64,000 bases of DNA, from NCBI GenBank assembly GCA_016839745.1, contig JAEOTS010000009.1, positions 1-64,000 of the forward strand, in the 5' to 3' direction. Position 1 is the first letter of the stretch. Each line of letters opens with the position of its first letter. Below are positions 37,409 to 47,914 of the stretch, one piece after another. This DNA is from Promethearchaeota archaeon (GTDB taxonomy: Archaea > Asgardarchaeota > Lokiarchaeia > Sigyniarchaeales > SOKP01). Under the pieces are notes generated by a model. That model worked only from the letters and a program-made list of their open reading frames with translations. It was not told the origin of the DNA and ran no database searches. Made by a program: the position numbers and the translations under genes.

Positions 37409-38497
37409 TCATTTTAGTTTTTTTCTTAATTCTTTTAGAATGTTATCCACTTTTTTATCTTTAATCCAATACCTAATTTTAGAAGATTGTAATAGCGATT
37501 GGAATTTGGCATTAAGCTCGTTTAATTTTTGCTTATCATCGTCAGATAATTGAGGAACATCTACTACTTTCGACTTGCTAATTTTTTTAATATGTTCTTC
37601 TATAGAGGGAATCTCTACTTGCTCCTTACCTTCAATAAGAGCTTTTCTTAACACTTCTTTAATATTTTTAACCCAACCTTCTATCCAAGGATAAGGTCCT
37701 CTCTTCTTTGGGTCTCTGATCTGAATATTTTTCCTTTTAACAACAATTAAATCGTCAGGACAAGAATTTTCGCACGCTCCACAATAAAAACATTCATCTT
37801 CGTTACAGGCAATTTTACCATATTTCACGACTTCCTCTGCGCTTTCAGGGATGTAAAACGATTCCACGGGGCAGATATTGACGCAAGCTTTGCAACCTTG
37901 TGGGTCGCACTTGTGTAACATATTTTTCTTAATAATTACTTCTCCTTCTATTGGAGTACTGATTGAAAAACAATCAGCTGGACATTCTTTTGAAATTTTA
38001 TAGTAATCTTGGACATAATTGCTCTCTCTTACCGATAAACATAGTTGACAAATTTCGTTTTCCTTATCTTCGGTACACTTATCCAAATCGATTTCATAGA
38101 ATTTCTCGATTGTAGGAAATTCGTCCATATTAATTTGTCCTTCGGGTTCAATATTTTCGTGGAACGCGTTGGTCGGGCATACAACGACACATAACATACA
38201 ATAGCAGCATTTATCATGATCAATAAATAGTTTAGGATTTGAATCGTCCAATATATTTTGGGCAATTTCTGGGATTGGTCCTAGTTCTATGGCATCAACT
38301 GGGCAGACAAGTTTACATAAACTGCACCCAATACATTTTTTGATGTCGTAGGTTAATTTTTTCTTAACTTCCTTATATTGCCAATTTAAAACCAACTGAT
38401 CTAGAATTACATCTAATGTTTTTTCGATCTCTTCCTCTTTATTTGGGTCTGTTTTATCCTTTCCTGAAGTTTCAGTAATATTGATTCTCCCTAACAC
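37409..38497 (-). CDS. Polyferredoxin (multiple 4Fe-4S; FwdF-like)
   Basis: CIGCSLCKLVCP, CCYCMLCVVVCP, C...GCKACVNICP, CFYCGACENSCP. Confidence 0.85.
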   Translation of the reverse strand: MLGRINITETSGKDKTDPNKEEEIEKTLDVILDQLVLNWQYKEVKKKLTYDIKKCIGCSLCKLVCPVDAIELGPIPEIAQNILDDSNPKLFIDHDKCCYCMLCVVVCPTNAFHENIEPEGQINMDEFPTIEKFYEIDLDKCTEDKENEICQLCLSVRESNYVQDYYKISKECPADCFSISTPIEGEVIIKKNMLHKCDPQGCKACVNICPVESFYIPESAEEVVKYGKIACNEDECFYCGACENSCPDDLIVVKRKNIQIRDPKKRGPYPWIEGWVKNIKEVLRKALIEGKEQVEIPSIEEHIKKISKSKVVDVPQLSDDDKQKLNELNAKFQSLLQSSKIRYWIKDKKVDNILKELRKKLK

Positions 38498-38575
38498 TTT
38501 GTTAAGACTTTTCTAAGTAATCTAAATTACGGAGATTAATTAATTTTAACTCTTAAATAAATATAAAATAAAAGG

Positions 38576-39076
38576 TTAGGAATAATAGGATTGACTCTCT
38601 CTATCGAAGCCAACCACATATTCAATAGATTTACCTTTTGGCCGCGGTCCGGGAGGACGATATAGAAGTTGCCAGTGAGGAATGAATGCACCAATTCCGT
38701 TTTTTGCGAGTATTATTGCAGGATGGTTCTTGTCTTTGAAAACCTCCTCACTAATATTAAGCGTAATAGTCTTACACTGCCACTCATTGATAGCACCAAG
38801 TGAATGGATATATTCATGAAGTAGAATATGATAAGTGTATGCCCAAATGCGATCATCTGGTTGTGTTTCTAATAGTTTCTTCAATGGAGATGTATTCATT
38901 ACTATTTCCGTTCCGGGATAAAAATGCATTCCTCCTATAAATCCACGGGGGGACATTCCCATTTCTAAAAGACCTAAACTCAAACCCGCACGATGGCGAC
39001 CCAATATTCTTCTTACGTCTTCTTTGACATGTTCAAATATTTCAGGCATTTTTTGTTTTAAATCGTCTAGGTTCAT
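38576..39076 (-). CDS. Small HExxH zinc metallopeptidase-like protein
   Basis: HILLHEYIHSLG..NE. Confidence 0.7.
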   Translation of the reverse strand: MNLDDLKQKMPEIFEHVKEDVRRILGRHRAGLSLGLLEMGMSPRGFIGGMHFYPGTEIVMNTSPLKKLLETQPDDRIWAYTYHILLHEYIHSLGAINEWQCKTITLNISEEVFKDKNHPAIILAKNGIGAFIPHWQLLYRPPGPRPKGKSIEYVVGFDRESQSYYS

Positions 39077-39145
39077 ATAACTCCTCCTGCAATTACTAAT
39101 TTTTATTTAAAATATAATAAATGAGAGTCTTAATGATTAAGATTG

Positions 39146-39940
39146 TTAAAAATCAAAAAACCAATCATCATCATCCTCCCAAAGAAAATCCATAAAGGAT
39201 GACATATCTTTCATCAGGGATTTTACATTTGCTATTTTGGAATCTCTTGTAAAATTATCTAAATCAGAAAAAAATAATTTATCGACAAGATTATCGATAC
39301 TGATTCTTTTCCGAAATTGTAATGGATTGTAGAATAAAGTATATAAAATTTCTCGTTCTAGATTTTCAACTTCAGATTTTGGTTTTAAAAAATTTTGTTG
39401 GTAAGTTTTGTTAATTATGTTCTTAAGTTCGACGATGAAGCACTCTTTGTTTTGCAATAGTTTACTTCTCTCTACTTCTAGGTTTCTAATATCATGCTCA
39501 ATATCTCTAATCTGCTGCCCTAAAAATCTAATTTTATCATCAGGGGCTTTAATGCTCTCAAATTTTGTAGAACATCCAATATCTTTAAGATCAATAGATT
39601 TAATATCGTCGTCTATTTGAGCCATGTTGTATTGGATGCTATAATAATCTGGTGTTATATCAATTCTTATAGAAAGATTGCTTTTTATTCTGTATTTGCC
39701 ACCTCGCTTTTCATCTCCTATTCTCTCAACAACATTGTTAGAGGTTAGAATGTCTAACTGGCTGTGCACTGCTTGTCTTGATATCCCTAAAATTTTAGAT
39801 AATTCTGAAGTAGAGTGGGGAACTTTAGCTAATTTAGACAATATAATACGTCGAGTCGGATTCCCTAACATCTCTAATAAATCATCTAAGCTAATAAATT
39901 GTTTTGTCTCATCTTCTCTTTCTATTTCCATTTGCATCAC
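39146..39940 (-). CDS. ArsR-family HTH regulator with coiled coil (Phr/HSR1-like heat-shock regulator)
   Basis: LGNPTRRIILSKL..P....ELS..LGISRQAV..QL..L; lies in an operon with cdc48 and hsp20. Confidence 0.8.
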   Translation of the reverse strand: MMQMEIEREDETKQFISLDDLLEMLGNPTRRIILSKLAKVPHSTSELSKILGISRQAVHSQLDILTSNNVVERIGDEKRGGKYRIKSNLSIRIDITPDYYSIQYNMAQIDDDIKSIDLKDIGCSTKFESIKAPDDKIRFLGQQIRDIEHDIRNLEVERSKLLQNKECFIVELKNIINKTYQQNFLKPKSEVENLEREILYTLFYNPLQFRKRISIDNLVDKLFFSDLDNFTRDSKIANVKSLMKDMSSFMDFLWEDDDDWFFDF

Positions 39941-39970
39941 TTTATTTTATCAAATTGAAATAATTTTTAA

Positions 39971-42286
39971 CTATCTATACATATCATCTGACCCTTCTGA
40001 ATATTGATCGTGAACTCTCTTAGCTCTGTCTGCTCCTTTAATGATTTTGTCAATTGCTTCGTCGAATTCTGCTTGATTTATCTCGATTTTACTGACGATT
40101 TTGGATTGAGCGCTCTTAATTTTATCCTCTAACGCTTTGATATCGTTACTAGACGCTTTTTCTAGTTGTAATTGTTCTAATTGTTCTTCATAATCATGTA
40201 ATTCTAATTTTTTTTCGTTAAAAACAGGAATATTTTTACGGATTGTTAATAGCGTTGCTTCTTCGCATATAGCTTGAATGTCAGCACCCGTATAATCTTC
40301 TAAAGCTTCAGCTAATTTATCATAATTTACATTTTCGGCTAAGGGTTTATTCTTGAGATGAATTTTGAAAATTTCCTTTCGTGTTTCCAAATCAGGCATA
40401 GAAATTTCGACATGCCTCCCAAACCGTCCTGATCTTAGTAAAGCTGGATCGAGCATATCAGGTCTATTTGTTGCAGCTAGTAAAATTACGTCTTTCAAAT
40501 CTTCTAAACCGTCCATTTCGGTTAGAAGTTGGGAAATCACTTGATCTGTTACCTCTGAACTCGCAGATCTACCCCTCATCCCTGCAATTGCATCGATCTC
40601 ATCGAAAAATATAATACAAGGGGCGGCGGATCTCGCTTTCCTAAAAGTTTCTCTAACTGCTTTTTCACTTTCACCAACCCATTTTGAGAGAAATTCGGGA
40701 CCCTTTACTGAAATAAAATTTACTTCGCTTTCGTGAGCTAGTGCTTTTGCTAACAAGGTTTTTCCTGTTCCGGGAGGTCCATATAACAATATCCCACTTG
40801 GAGGTTTTGAAGATAAATGACTGTATAATTCGGGGTACTTTAAAGGCCACTCAATAATTTCTCTTAGTTGTAATTTAGCGTCTTCTAGGCCTCCCACATC
40901 ATCCCAAGTTTCCTTAGGCTGAGAAATAACTACTTCTCTTAATGCAGAAGGTTCGATATTGTTAAGAGCTGAAGTAAAATTATCCATTCTAATCCTGATC
41001 GCATTTAACACCTCGAAAGGAATTGGTTTGTCTAAGTCTATTTTAGGAAGCATTTCTCTAATGGCTAACATGGCCGATTCCTTTGCTAAGGCTTCAACAT
41101 CGGCACCAACAAAACCGTGAGTCCTTTCTGCGATTGTTCTCAAATTTACATCCTCGAATAAAGGCATACCTCGAGTGTGAATTTGCAGTATTTCATATCT
41201 TCCATCCGTGTCGGGTACTCCAATTTCGATTTCTTTATCAAATCTACCCGGTCTTCGGAGGGCAATATCGATGTCGTTAACTCTATTTGTTGCTCCGATT
41301 ACGATGATTTCACCTCTCCCTTCCAAACCATCGAGTAGAGAAAGCAGTTGAGCTACAACCCTTCTTTCAACCTCTCCAGTGACTTCCCCTCTTTTTGGGG
41401 CAATTGAATCTAATTCATCGATAAATATTATTGAAGGTGCGTTGTTTTTAGCATCATCAAAAATATTTCTTAAATTTTGTTCGCTTTGTCCGTAAAATTT
41501 ACTCATAATTTCCGGACCGCTGATCGTTATGAAATGAGCATCGGTTTCAAAAGCTACAGCTCTTGCTAATAATGTTTTCCCTGTTCCAGGAGGTCCGTGT
41601 AATAAAACACCCTTAGGTGGATCAATTCCAATTCTTTGAAAAAGCTCCGGATGTTTCATTGGTAATTCGATCATTTCACGAATTCTCTGAATTTCATCTG
41701 CTAATCCCCCAATATCTTCGTAACTTACTCTTGATTTTTCTCTTTCTACTAGTTCTTTATGTGTTTTTTCGCTTAATTTAATGTCTGTTCCAAGATGGAT
41801 TCTCACTGCATCTATTCTTGGCTGGAAATCAACGACGATCATATCGTATCTCTTATTGTAAGAATAAAAACTCAAGATGTCGTCTTTGGTAACAACTCTA
41901 TTTTCTAATAATGTATTTAACTGTCTAGGACTGATTACAATTGATTCTGATAAACTCGCAAAGACAACCTTTTCTGCTAAAGCAGTTTTAATTTTACGAA
42001 TTATAACATTATCGTCAATAGTCGCATCTATATTTCTTCTTAAAAAATTATCAAGTCTGATGAAACCAGTACCGTTATCTTCTTGCTTTCCTGGAAATAA
42101 CAATGCTGCCGTTTTAGATTTTGAAATAGGATGAAATATTTCTATAGCATCACCAGTTTTAAATTTTAGCTTTTTAACTACCTCAGGATCTATTCTTACT
42201 CTACCCAATCCAGAATCTTCTTTAAAAGCGTCTTTTACTCTTAACCTACTGTCTTTTCCTTCAATACCACTTGAAATTCCGCTCAT
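39971..42286 (-). CDS. cdc48: Cdc48/VCP (VAT) AAA+ ATPase
   Basis: N domain, two AAA modules ([28 protein letters not shown]), C-terminal HbYX motif MYR. Confidence 0.96.
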   Translation of the reverse strand: MSGISSGIEGKDSRLRVKDAFKEDSGLGRVRIDPEVVKKLKFKTGDAIEIFHPISKSKTAALLFPGKQEDNGTGFIRLDNFLRRNIDATIDDNVIIRKIKTALAEKVVFASLSESIVISPRQLNTLLENRVVTKDDILSFYSYNKRYDMIVVDFQPRIDAVRIHLGTDIKLSEKTHKELVEREKSRVSYEDIGGLADEIQRIREMIELPMKHPELFQRIGIDPPKGVLLHGPPGTGKTLLARAVAFETDAHFITISGPEIMSKFYGQSEQNLRNIFDDAKNNAPSIIFIDELDSIAPKRGEVTGEVERRVVAQLLSLLDGLEGRGEIIVIGATNRVNDIDIALRRPGRFDKEIEIGVPDTDGRYEILQIHTRGMPLFEDVNLRTIAERTHGFVGADVEALAKESAMLAIREMLPKIDLDKPIPFEVLNAIRIRMDNFTSALNNIEPSALREVVISQPKETWDDVGGLEDAKLQLREIIEWPLKYPELYSHLSSKPPSGILLYGPPGTGKTLLAKALAHESEVNFISVKGPEFLSKWVGESEKAVRETFRKARSAAPCIIFFDEIDAIAGMRGRSASSEVTDQVISQLLTEMDGLEDLKDVILLAATNRPDMLDPALLRSGRFGRHVEISMPDLETRKEIFKIHLKNKPLAENVNYDKLAEALEDYTGADIQAICEEATLLTIRKNIPVFNEKKLELHDYEEQLEQLQLEKASSNDIKALEDKIKSAQSKIVSKIEINQAEFDEAIDKIIKGADRAKRVHDQYSEGSDDMYR

Positions 42287-42300
42287 AATTGATACATCCT

Positions 42301-42933
42301 CTAAGAATTCTTCTTTCTCATTAATATAGATACAATTCCATTATTCACTTCCATTACATGATCGTCCATCGTAGACTCAAACGGTAATCGTATCTTTTTT
42401 TCAAAATCAACAAAGTTGATTTCTATTGATACCTTAAGATTTCTTCCATCCTCGCTTAAACTTAAAAGTATGTGCCCTTTTTCAACTCCAGGCGCTTCTA
42501 TAATAATATCAGCAAAATCCTCATGAAGATTAATTTCATAATAAGGTTCGTTTACCACCGATTTTTCGCGCTTTATATTTGGTTGTAGGGATAAAGTTCC
42601 TACATCAATAGCTTGTTTTTTTCCTGATTGTCCTAATTGTCTAAACTGCGGAAAATTAGAAATATTTAGTCTTTTAAAATAATCTTGAAGTTTTTGCTCA
42701 TCAAAATTACCCTCAATTCTGATCTCTGGCTTGTCCATTCCAGATTCAAAATGGTAAGTAACCTTAAATCCTTTTATATTTTCATCTTTTAGATTCTTAT
42801 TTGGATCAAAATTTGGTTCAGGCAGAAATAAAAAATCCACATCAAAAACATCTGAGTCTATATTAAGAAATTTCTTAATACGCTCTAAAAACTCATTATA
42901 ATCATCATCAAATTCATCTGACAAAAATATCAC
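42301..42933 (-). CDS. Small heat-shock protein (Hsp20/alpha-crystallin-like); start probably TTG 42924
   Basis: Archaeal sHSP pattern GFKVT..SG..KPEI..EGN...EP...[12 protein letters not shown]...NNGIVSI. Confidence 0.75.
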   Translation of the reverse strand: MIFLSDEFDDDYNEFLERIKKFLNIDSDVFDVDFLFLPEPNFDPNKNLKDENIKGFKVTYHFESGMDKPEIRIEGNFDEQKLQDYFKRLNISNFPQFRQLGQSGKKQAIDVGTLSLQPNIKREKSVVNEPYYEINLHEDFADIIIEAPGVEKGHILLSLSEDGRNLKVSIEINFVDFEKKIRLPFESTMDDHVMEVNNGIVSILMRKKNS

Positions 42934-42946
42934 CTATTTGAAAAAT

Positions 42947-42965
42947 TGTCAACTTCTAATTGACA
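42947..42965. promoter_or_regulatory. Palindromic operator candidate TGTCAA-N7-TTGACA upstream of the hsp20-cdc48 operon
   Basis: Perfect 6-bp inverted repeat just upstream of the SD (AGGTGA) of hsp20. Confidence 0.55.
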
Positions 42966-43045
42966 TAAGGTACTTTACCTTAAAAAATGTATCGATTTTT
43001 AAAAATAAGCGGTTAACATTAAAACAATTTTAGGAGCAATTTCCA

Positions 43046-43639
43046 TTATTCGACCAGCGATATCATTTCTGATTTGTATATTTTCTTCAGTATAAGCTCT
43101 AATAATTCTTCAAAGGATTCTACGATCCCTTCACCGTATATCGCAGCAGTATTTTTAGTTTTTAAGTTGTGGTACTTAAAGCTATTAATGTTTTCTAGAA
43201 ATTCAGAGGTATTAAATTTATCGTCCAAATCTTGCTTGTTGAATGCAAGAATTTTAGGGATTTTTTCAAAATCTTCTTCGAAATAATTGCATAACTCATT
43301 CCACGAGGTTAAGTTCCTATAATAGGCAGAATTTTGTGAATCAGCAACGAAAATAATTCCATCTATTGCTCGTAAAGTTATAGGTCTAGTTATAATGTAA
43401 AAGTCTTGCCCAGTTGTGGAATAAAGGTGGAGTTTAAGGAGCCATTGTTTATTTTCAAAAACAATCGTACCATAATCGAAAAATAGAGTTCTTCGTACGC
43501 TACTGTCTATGCTTAACACCCTATCTTCCTTTCCAAAATGTTTAAATAAGGATTTCAAGGTAGTGGTTTTTCCCGAAAGTGCAGGACCAAAATAACAGAT
43601 TTTTAATTGAATTGTTTGACTTAAATGGTCTATTATCAT
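43046..43639 (-). CDS. MglA/Arf-like small GTPase
   Basis: KICYFGPALSGKTT, RTLFFDY, LYSTTGQ (MglA-type G3), DGIIFVADS, NKQD. Confidence 0.85.
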   Translation of the reverse strand: MIIDHLSQTIQLKICYFGPALSGKTTTLKSLFKHFGKEDRVLSIDSSVRRTLFFDYGTIVFENKQWLLKLHLYSTTGQDFYIITRPITLRAIDGIIFVADSQNSAYYRNLTSWNELCNYFEEDFEKIPKILAFNKQDLDDKFNTSEFLENINSFKYHNLKTKNTAAIYGEGIVESFEELLELILKKIYKSEMISLVE

Positions 43640-43748
43640 CTTATATCTTTTTGCATTAATTTTTGACTTATATTCTGATTAGAAGTATATTAATTTCTAT
43701 TTTTTTTCCAAAAAATGTAGAAGAGGAAGAAGAGATATATGCGAGGAT

Positions 43749-44804
43749 TTAATCATAACTAAGTTTTACTTCCTTAATGACATTGTAAGTTCTTCGCAAT
43801 AATTCATATGCAATTTGGGGAGGATTCCATCCTTTAAGTCCACAATCAGGTCCTACGAATTTAAGTCGATCGTCATAATGTTCAAGAGCAAAAAGTAAAT
43901 TTTTCTTGATGAATTCTTTTGAATCTATTAAGTTCATAGTTCCTTCAAATGTATTGAGTTCATCAAGTGGGGTTCCAGTATCCAATTTTTCAGCCATTAT
44001 ACTATTAATATTCGTTCTCGTGATACCGACCCGTATAAACTTATCAAACTTCTCTAAGTCATTTTTTGGAATGATATTAGAATGATCAGAGGCATATTCA
44101 CAAGTAAGCACATCTATGTTTTCTGCTTGAATAGGAATTGAGTATTTTTTTAAAGTGTGAAGGTGGATTTGGATAAATCCATCTATTCCTTCTACAGTTT
44201 TATCAAATGCTTTAATCAAGGCATCATCTTCAATATTAAACATGTCAACATACCCAAATGAAGGTTCATCTATCGAGATGATGGAACTTCGCAGATATTT
44301 GGTATTCTTTATTGATCGTCTCAATATACTATTGAGAGACTTAGCAAAATTTAACGCTATGTCAGGATATATCGTAAATCCATGCTTTTTTATGTATAAT
44401 TCTATGGGTCCGGTAATACATACTTTGATTTTAAGCGCATTTCCAGTTCTTTCATAGTAATCCTTAGCAAAATTTTCTAAAATAAAGAGTTCTGGAATAA
44501 TAGCTTTTTTAGGATCAATCAAAGATGGCTCTACTTCATAATCTTCAATAGGCTTTAAAAATTGAGTATACATGTCCATATGTTGGGGATAATTTATTAT
44601 TTCTACACCCGAGTTTAATTTTAGCTGGAACGACTGGAGAAATGGATGGATAAAAAAATTATAAATTCCCCTATTCTCATATATATCTGCATTATTTACT
44701 ATTCCCTTGTATGCTGCCCAATAAAACTGCTCGAACTTATCAAAGTCGATATAATCTGGTAAGGGAAAACTTCCTACATCGTCAAATTGGGGAAAGTCTT
44801 TCAT
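43749..44804 (-). CDS. Cobalamin-independent methionine synthase catalytic-domain protein (core MetE-like)
   Basis: DVGSFP, ITGPIEL, IDEPS, IHLH, VGPDCGL..W. Confidence 0.75.
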   Translation of the reverse strand: MKDFPQFDDVGSFPLPDYIDFDKFEQFYWAAYKGIVNNADIYENRGIYNFFIHPFLQSFQLKLNSGVEIINYPQHMDMYTQFLKPIEDYEVEPSLIDPKKAIIPELFILENFAKDYYERTGNALKIKVCITGPIELYIKKHGFTIYPDIALNFAKSLNSILRRSIKNTKYLRSSIISIDEPSFGYVDMFNIEDDALIKAFDKTVEGIDGFIQIHLHTLKKYSIPIQAENIDVLTCEYASDHSNIIPKNDLEKFDKFIRVGITRTNINSIMAEKLDTGTPLDELNTFEGTMNLIDSKEFIKKNLLFALEHYDDRLKFVGPDCGLKGWNPPQIAYELLRRTYNVIKEVKLSYD

Positions 44805-44871
44805 GAAAATTTAATCGATCTAAAACTGTAATTTCGTTAATCATAAATAATCCTTTACAACAGATATATGT

Positions 44872-45930
44872 ATGGAAGAAGAGTTAATTAATAAACAAAT
44901 AAAAAGGAAGAAAAAAAAGCAAATCGCAGAATTAGCGCTAGCTGCTAAAAGCGCTAAGGAAAATAATGGAAAACCATTTATATTTCACTTTCTAACGACT
45001 TTAAAATGTAATTGCGATTGTGAAACTTGCCTTTGGAAAAATAATACTTTAAAGGACGAACTTTCTCTCGAGGAAATCAAGCGTATTTATTCGGAAGCAA
45101 AGGAAGCCGGTTTTGTGGTAACCATTTTATGGGGTGGAGAACCTCTAATTAGAAAAGATATTACAGAAATTATTAAATTCGTTAAAAGAGAGTTAAAATT
45201 TGCAATTGTAGGAATTGTAACAAATGGTTGGTTCCTTCCAGAGAAAATCAAAGAATTTGGAGATGATTTAGATTTTATTCTGATATCTCTAGACTCCCCT
45301 AAGGCTGAAGAACACGATAAGATTAGAGGATTGCCGGGATTATACAATAAAATCATGAATGCAGTTTCTACAATTCAAACTAATTATCCATTGATCTCAC
45401 TTCAGTTTAGTTTTTCTATTAGTAAATATAATGTAAACCGCGTTGAGGAAATGATACAATTATCAGATAAAAAGGGAATCCCGGTGGCTTTTAATGTAAT
45501 TAATACTGTTCGCCATTATTCATATAGTGATGTAGATGAGAAAGGCACGCTTTCTGCGAGTGAGAACGAAATTAGTAAAGCATTTGAGGTAATTTTTAAC
45601 GCTAAAAAGAGCGGTTCAAAAATATTAAATTCAGAAATGTATTTAAACCACTTTATTGGCGGGAAAAAACAATATATCTGCCACACAAGAAAGGTTTTCA
45701 TGTTTGTAAACTATAATGGAGACATCGAAAATTGTCTCCAACTTGATAAACCTATCTCTAATTTACGCCAGACATCTGTTATAGAAGTGTTACAACTCCC
45801 TGAATTCGTTAAATTCACTGAAGAAAGCGAAAAGTGTTATAGTTGTAATTCTCCTACCATGATCGACACAAGTTATCTATGGGATGATATAAGTTTGTTA
45901 ACAAAATCAGGAGGTATTTCCTTTGGTTAA
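44872..45930 (+). CDS. Radical SAM protein with SPASM/twitch domain
   Basis: CNCDCETC, GGEPL, TNG, ISLD..HD.IRG, C...G...NC...CYSC. Confidence 0.9.
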   Translation: MEEELINKQIKRKKKKQIAELALAAKSAKENNGKPFIFHFLTTLKCNCDCETCLWKNNTLKDELSLEEIKRIYSEAKEAGFVVTILWGGEPLIRKDITEIIKFVKRELKFAIVGIVTNGWFLPEKIKEFGDDLDFILISLDSPKAEEHDKIRGLPGLYNKIMNAVSTIQTNYPLISLQFSFSISKYNVNRVEEMIQLSDKKGIPVAFNVINTVRHYSYSDVDEKGTLSASENEISKAFEVIFNAKKSGSKILNSEMYLNHFIGGKKQYICHTRKVFMFVNYNGDIENCLQLDKPISNLRQTSVIEVLQLPEFVKFTEESEKCYSCNSPTMIDTSYLWDDISLLTKSGGISFG

Positions 45931-45946
45931 ATATTTATTAACTCGT

Positions 45947-47827
45947 TTAATAATATTTCTCAATCAAAAGCTCTATCTCCTCTTCGTCCAAACCAAATAA
46001 CTTAAGAAGACAAATATCTATTATTCTTTTGAAGTTTTTTACATCCCTTATTTGGGAATAAATATTAAGGTTTAAATCTTTTAACTTATCAAATTTGCCT
46101 TTATCCATGGAGACTATATTTTGAGTTAAATTTGAAGTTAAATATCGAATAATATCAATTAATTCTATTTGATAAGGAAATTGAAAAAGTGAAATGTTGG
46201 GAACTGGGATCTCCTCCTCCAATTTAGTCTTACTTCTCTTTATTGTTATATTTTTTGCTTTGAAAAGAAATTTCACAATCTTCGAATTAAGATATGCAAG
46301 TAGAAATAAGTGATCAATGTCGGTTTTTCCCTCCCTCGGCCATAAGAAATAAGTATCAGAAGTAGCATAATATGAATCTTGGGTGTATCCAAAGACATTT
46401 GAATTGGAAATGTAACTAAAAAAAATCTTAGGTTCCTTATCATAGTAAGGTTCGAGATTAACTAATTTTCTTTTATGGTTAATATCAAACTGGGTAATTA
46501 AACTCCCTCTTCTTGGAAAATATATGTCTCTAATATTTTCTTTGGCATTCCTAAGTATATCTTCAAGTTCTCTTCTGTATTGGTTTAAATATGCCGTAAG
46601 GTTAGGATATTTCTTCTCAGTTAATTTATTCCTTCTTTTTAAGTCTTGAATTTTAAATTCATTCTTTTCTAGGTAGATTAAATAACCTGAAAAGCCATTC
46701 TTGTCATAAGAGAATGGCAAGATAACTTTGCTTTTAAACAATTTTTTTAATTTTTGTTTCTCATCATTGTTCAATTTTACGAAAGTATTGTTCATCTTGA
46801 TAAACATGTTCGAATCGGCAATTTTGAGGTTATCATTCTCTTTTAATATGAAAACTTCATCTTTAATCAAAATTAATCCATTTCTAATGATAAAAAAATC
46901 AGATAGATAAGATAAACTCCCATTAAAGCTGCAAAATATCTCGATCTTTTTAACAACATTCTTTACATCAACAGGATATTGTAAGTTCCAGCCGTTAATT
47001 TTAGATAAATCTTTATTTGTCATTGCTGATTTGTATTTTAGAAGATGTGGTGAATTTTCGTTGTTTATTATATTTTTAAAGAGGATTTTATTCGATTTTT
47101 CATTAAATCGGTTATTATATGGATTAACTTGAACCACATCTATATATTTATTGATATTCTTTTGTTTTTCATTCTCATACTTCTTTTGAAGAACAAAGAT
47201 ACAATTGTGTTGACCCTTAGCATCCTTAAAAACAGAAATTTTTGATAAATCAATGAGTTGTAATATAAAGCAATCGGTTACTATGTGTGGTTTTAGATGT
47301 TTAATCCCTGTCTTATTAGATTTCGTTAACCAGTAGTTAGTGGTGATAAAAGATAGTAACCCTCCCGGTTGTAATTTTTCTATTCCTAGATGAATGAAAA
47401 AATAAAATAAATCCATATTTCCAACGAAATATTTTTCACACATCGAATAAGTCCTTACAAGCTCTTGAAAAATATGTGCGTTATAGTTTTGTCCTAAATA
47501 AGGTGGATTTCCTATAATAATATTAAATTTTTCGTTAGAGTCTGAGCCTAAGAAATTCTCGAATTTAAATTTTACATTCGGATAATAATTTAAAAGAGGT
47601 GCTTCTAAACTTTGATCTAATTCATAAGCGGTGATATCGGTAAATCCTTCATCTATCATATGACTGAGAAAGATTCCTTTACCTGCGCTAGGTTCGAGAA
47701 TTTTAATTAAATCAATGTTTGGCTTATTGTGGATTGAAAGATATTGTTGCTTAATGTTTTTGACCATAAATTCTGCTATGTAATCAGGAGTAAAAATTTG
47801 ACTTAACTGGTTTTTATTCAAATCCAT
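45947..47827 (-). CDS. N6-adenine DNA methyltransferase (Eco57I/TaqI-like, gamma class) with C-terminal TRD; orphan
   Basis: FTP..IA.FM, ILEPSAGKGIF, IIGNPPY, DLFYFFI..G..KL..GG.L.FIT, LLAYLNS. Confidence 0.88.
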   Translation of the reverse strand: MDLNKNQLSQIFTPDYIAEFMVKNIKQQYLSIHNKPNIDLIKILEPSAGKGIFLSHMIDEGFTDITAYELDQSLEAPLLNYYPNVKFKFENFLGSDSNEKFNIIIGNPPYLGQNYNAHIFQELVRTYSMCEKYFVGNMDLFYFFIHLGIEKLQPGGLLSFITTNYWLTKSNKTGIKHLKPHIVTDCFILQLIDLSKISVFKDAKGQHNCIFVLQKKYENEKQKNINKYIDVVQVNPYNNRFNEKSNKILFKNIINNENSPHLLKYKSAMTNKDLSKINGWNLQYPVDVKNVVKKIEIFCSFNGSLSYLSDFFIIRNGLILIKDEVFILKENDNLKIADSNMFIKMNNTFVKLNNDEKQKLKKLFKSKVILPFSYDKNGFSGYLIYLEKNEFKIQDLKRRNKLTEKKYPNLTAYLNQYRRELEDILRNAKENIRDIYFPRRGSLITQFDINHKRKLVNLEPYYDKEPKIFFSYISNSNVFGYTQDSYYATSDTYFLWPREGKTDIDHLFLLAYLNSKIVKFLFKAKNITIKRSKTKLEEEIPVPNISLFQFPYQIELIDIIRYLTSNLTQNIVSMDKGKFDKLKDLNLNIYSQIRDVKNFKRIIDICLLKLFGLDEEEIELLIEKYY

Positions 47828-47914
47828 TATTTACTAGATTGTTGAAAGTAGCTAAATATTTGAAGTTTTTACTTAGATAAACTTATTGCCTTAGAAAAAG
47901 TGAAAAAAAAGTTT

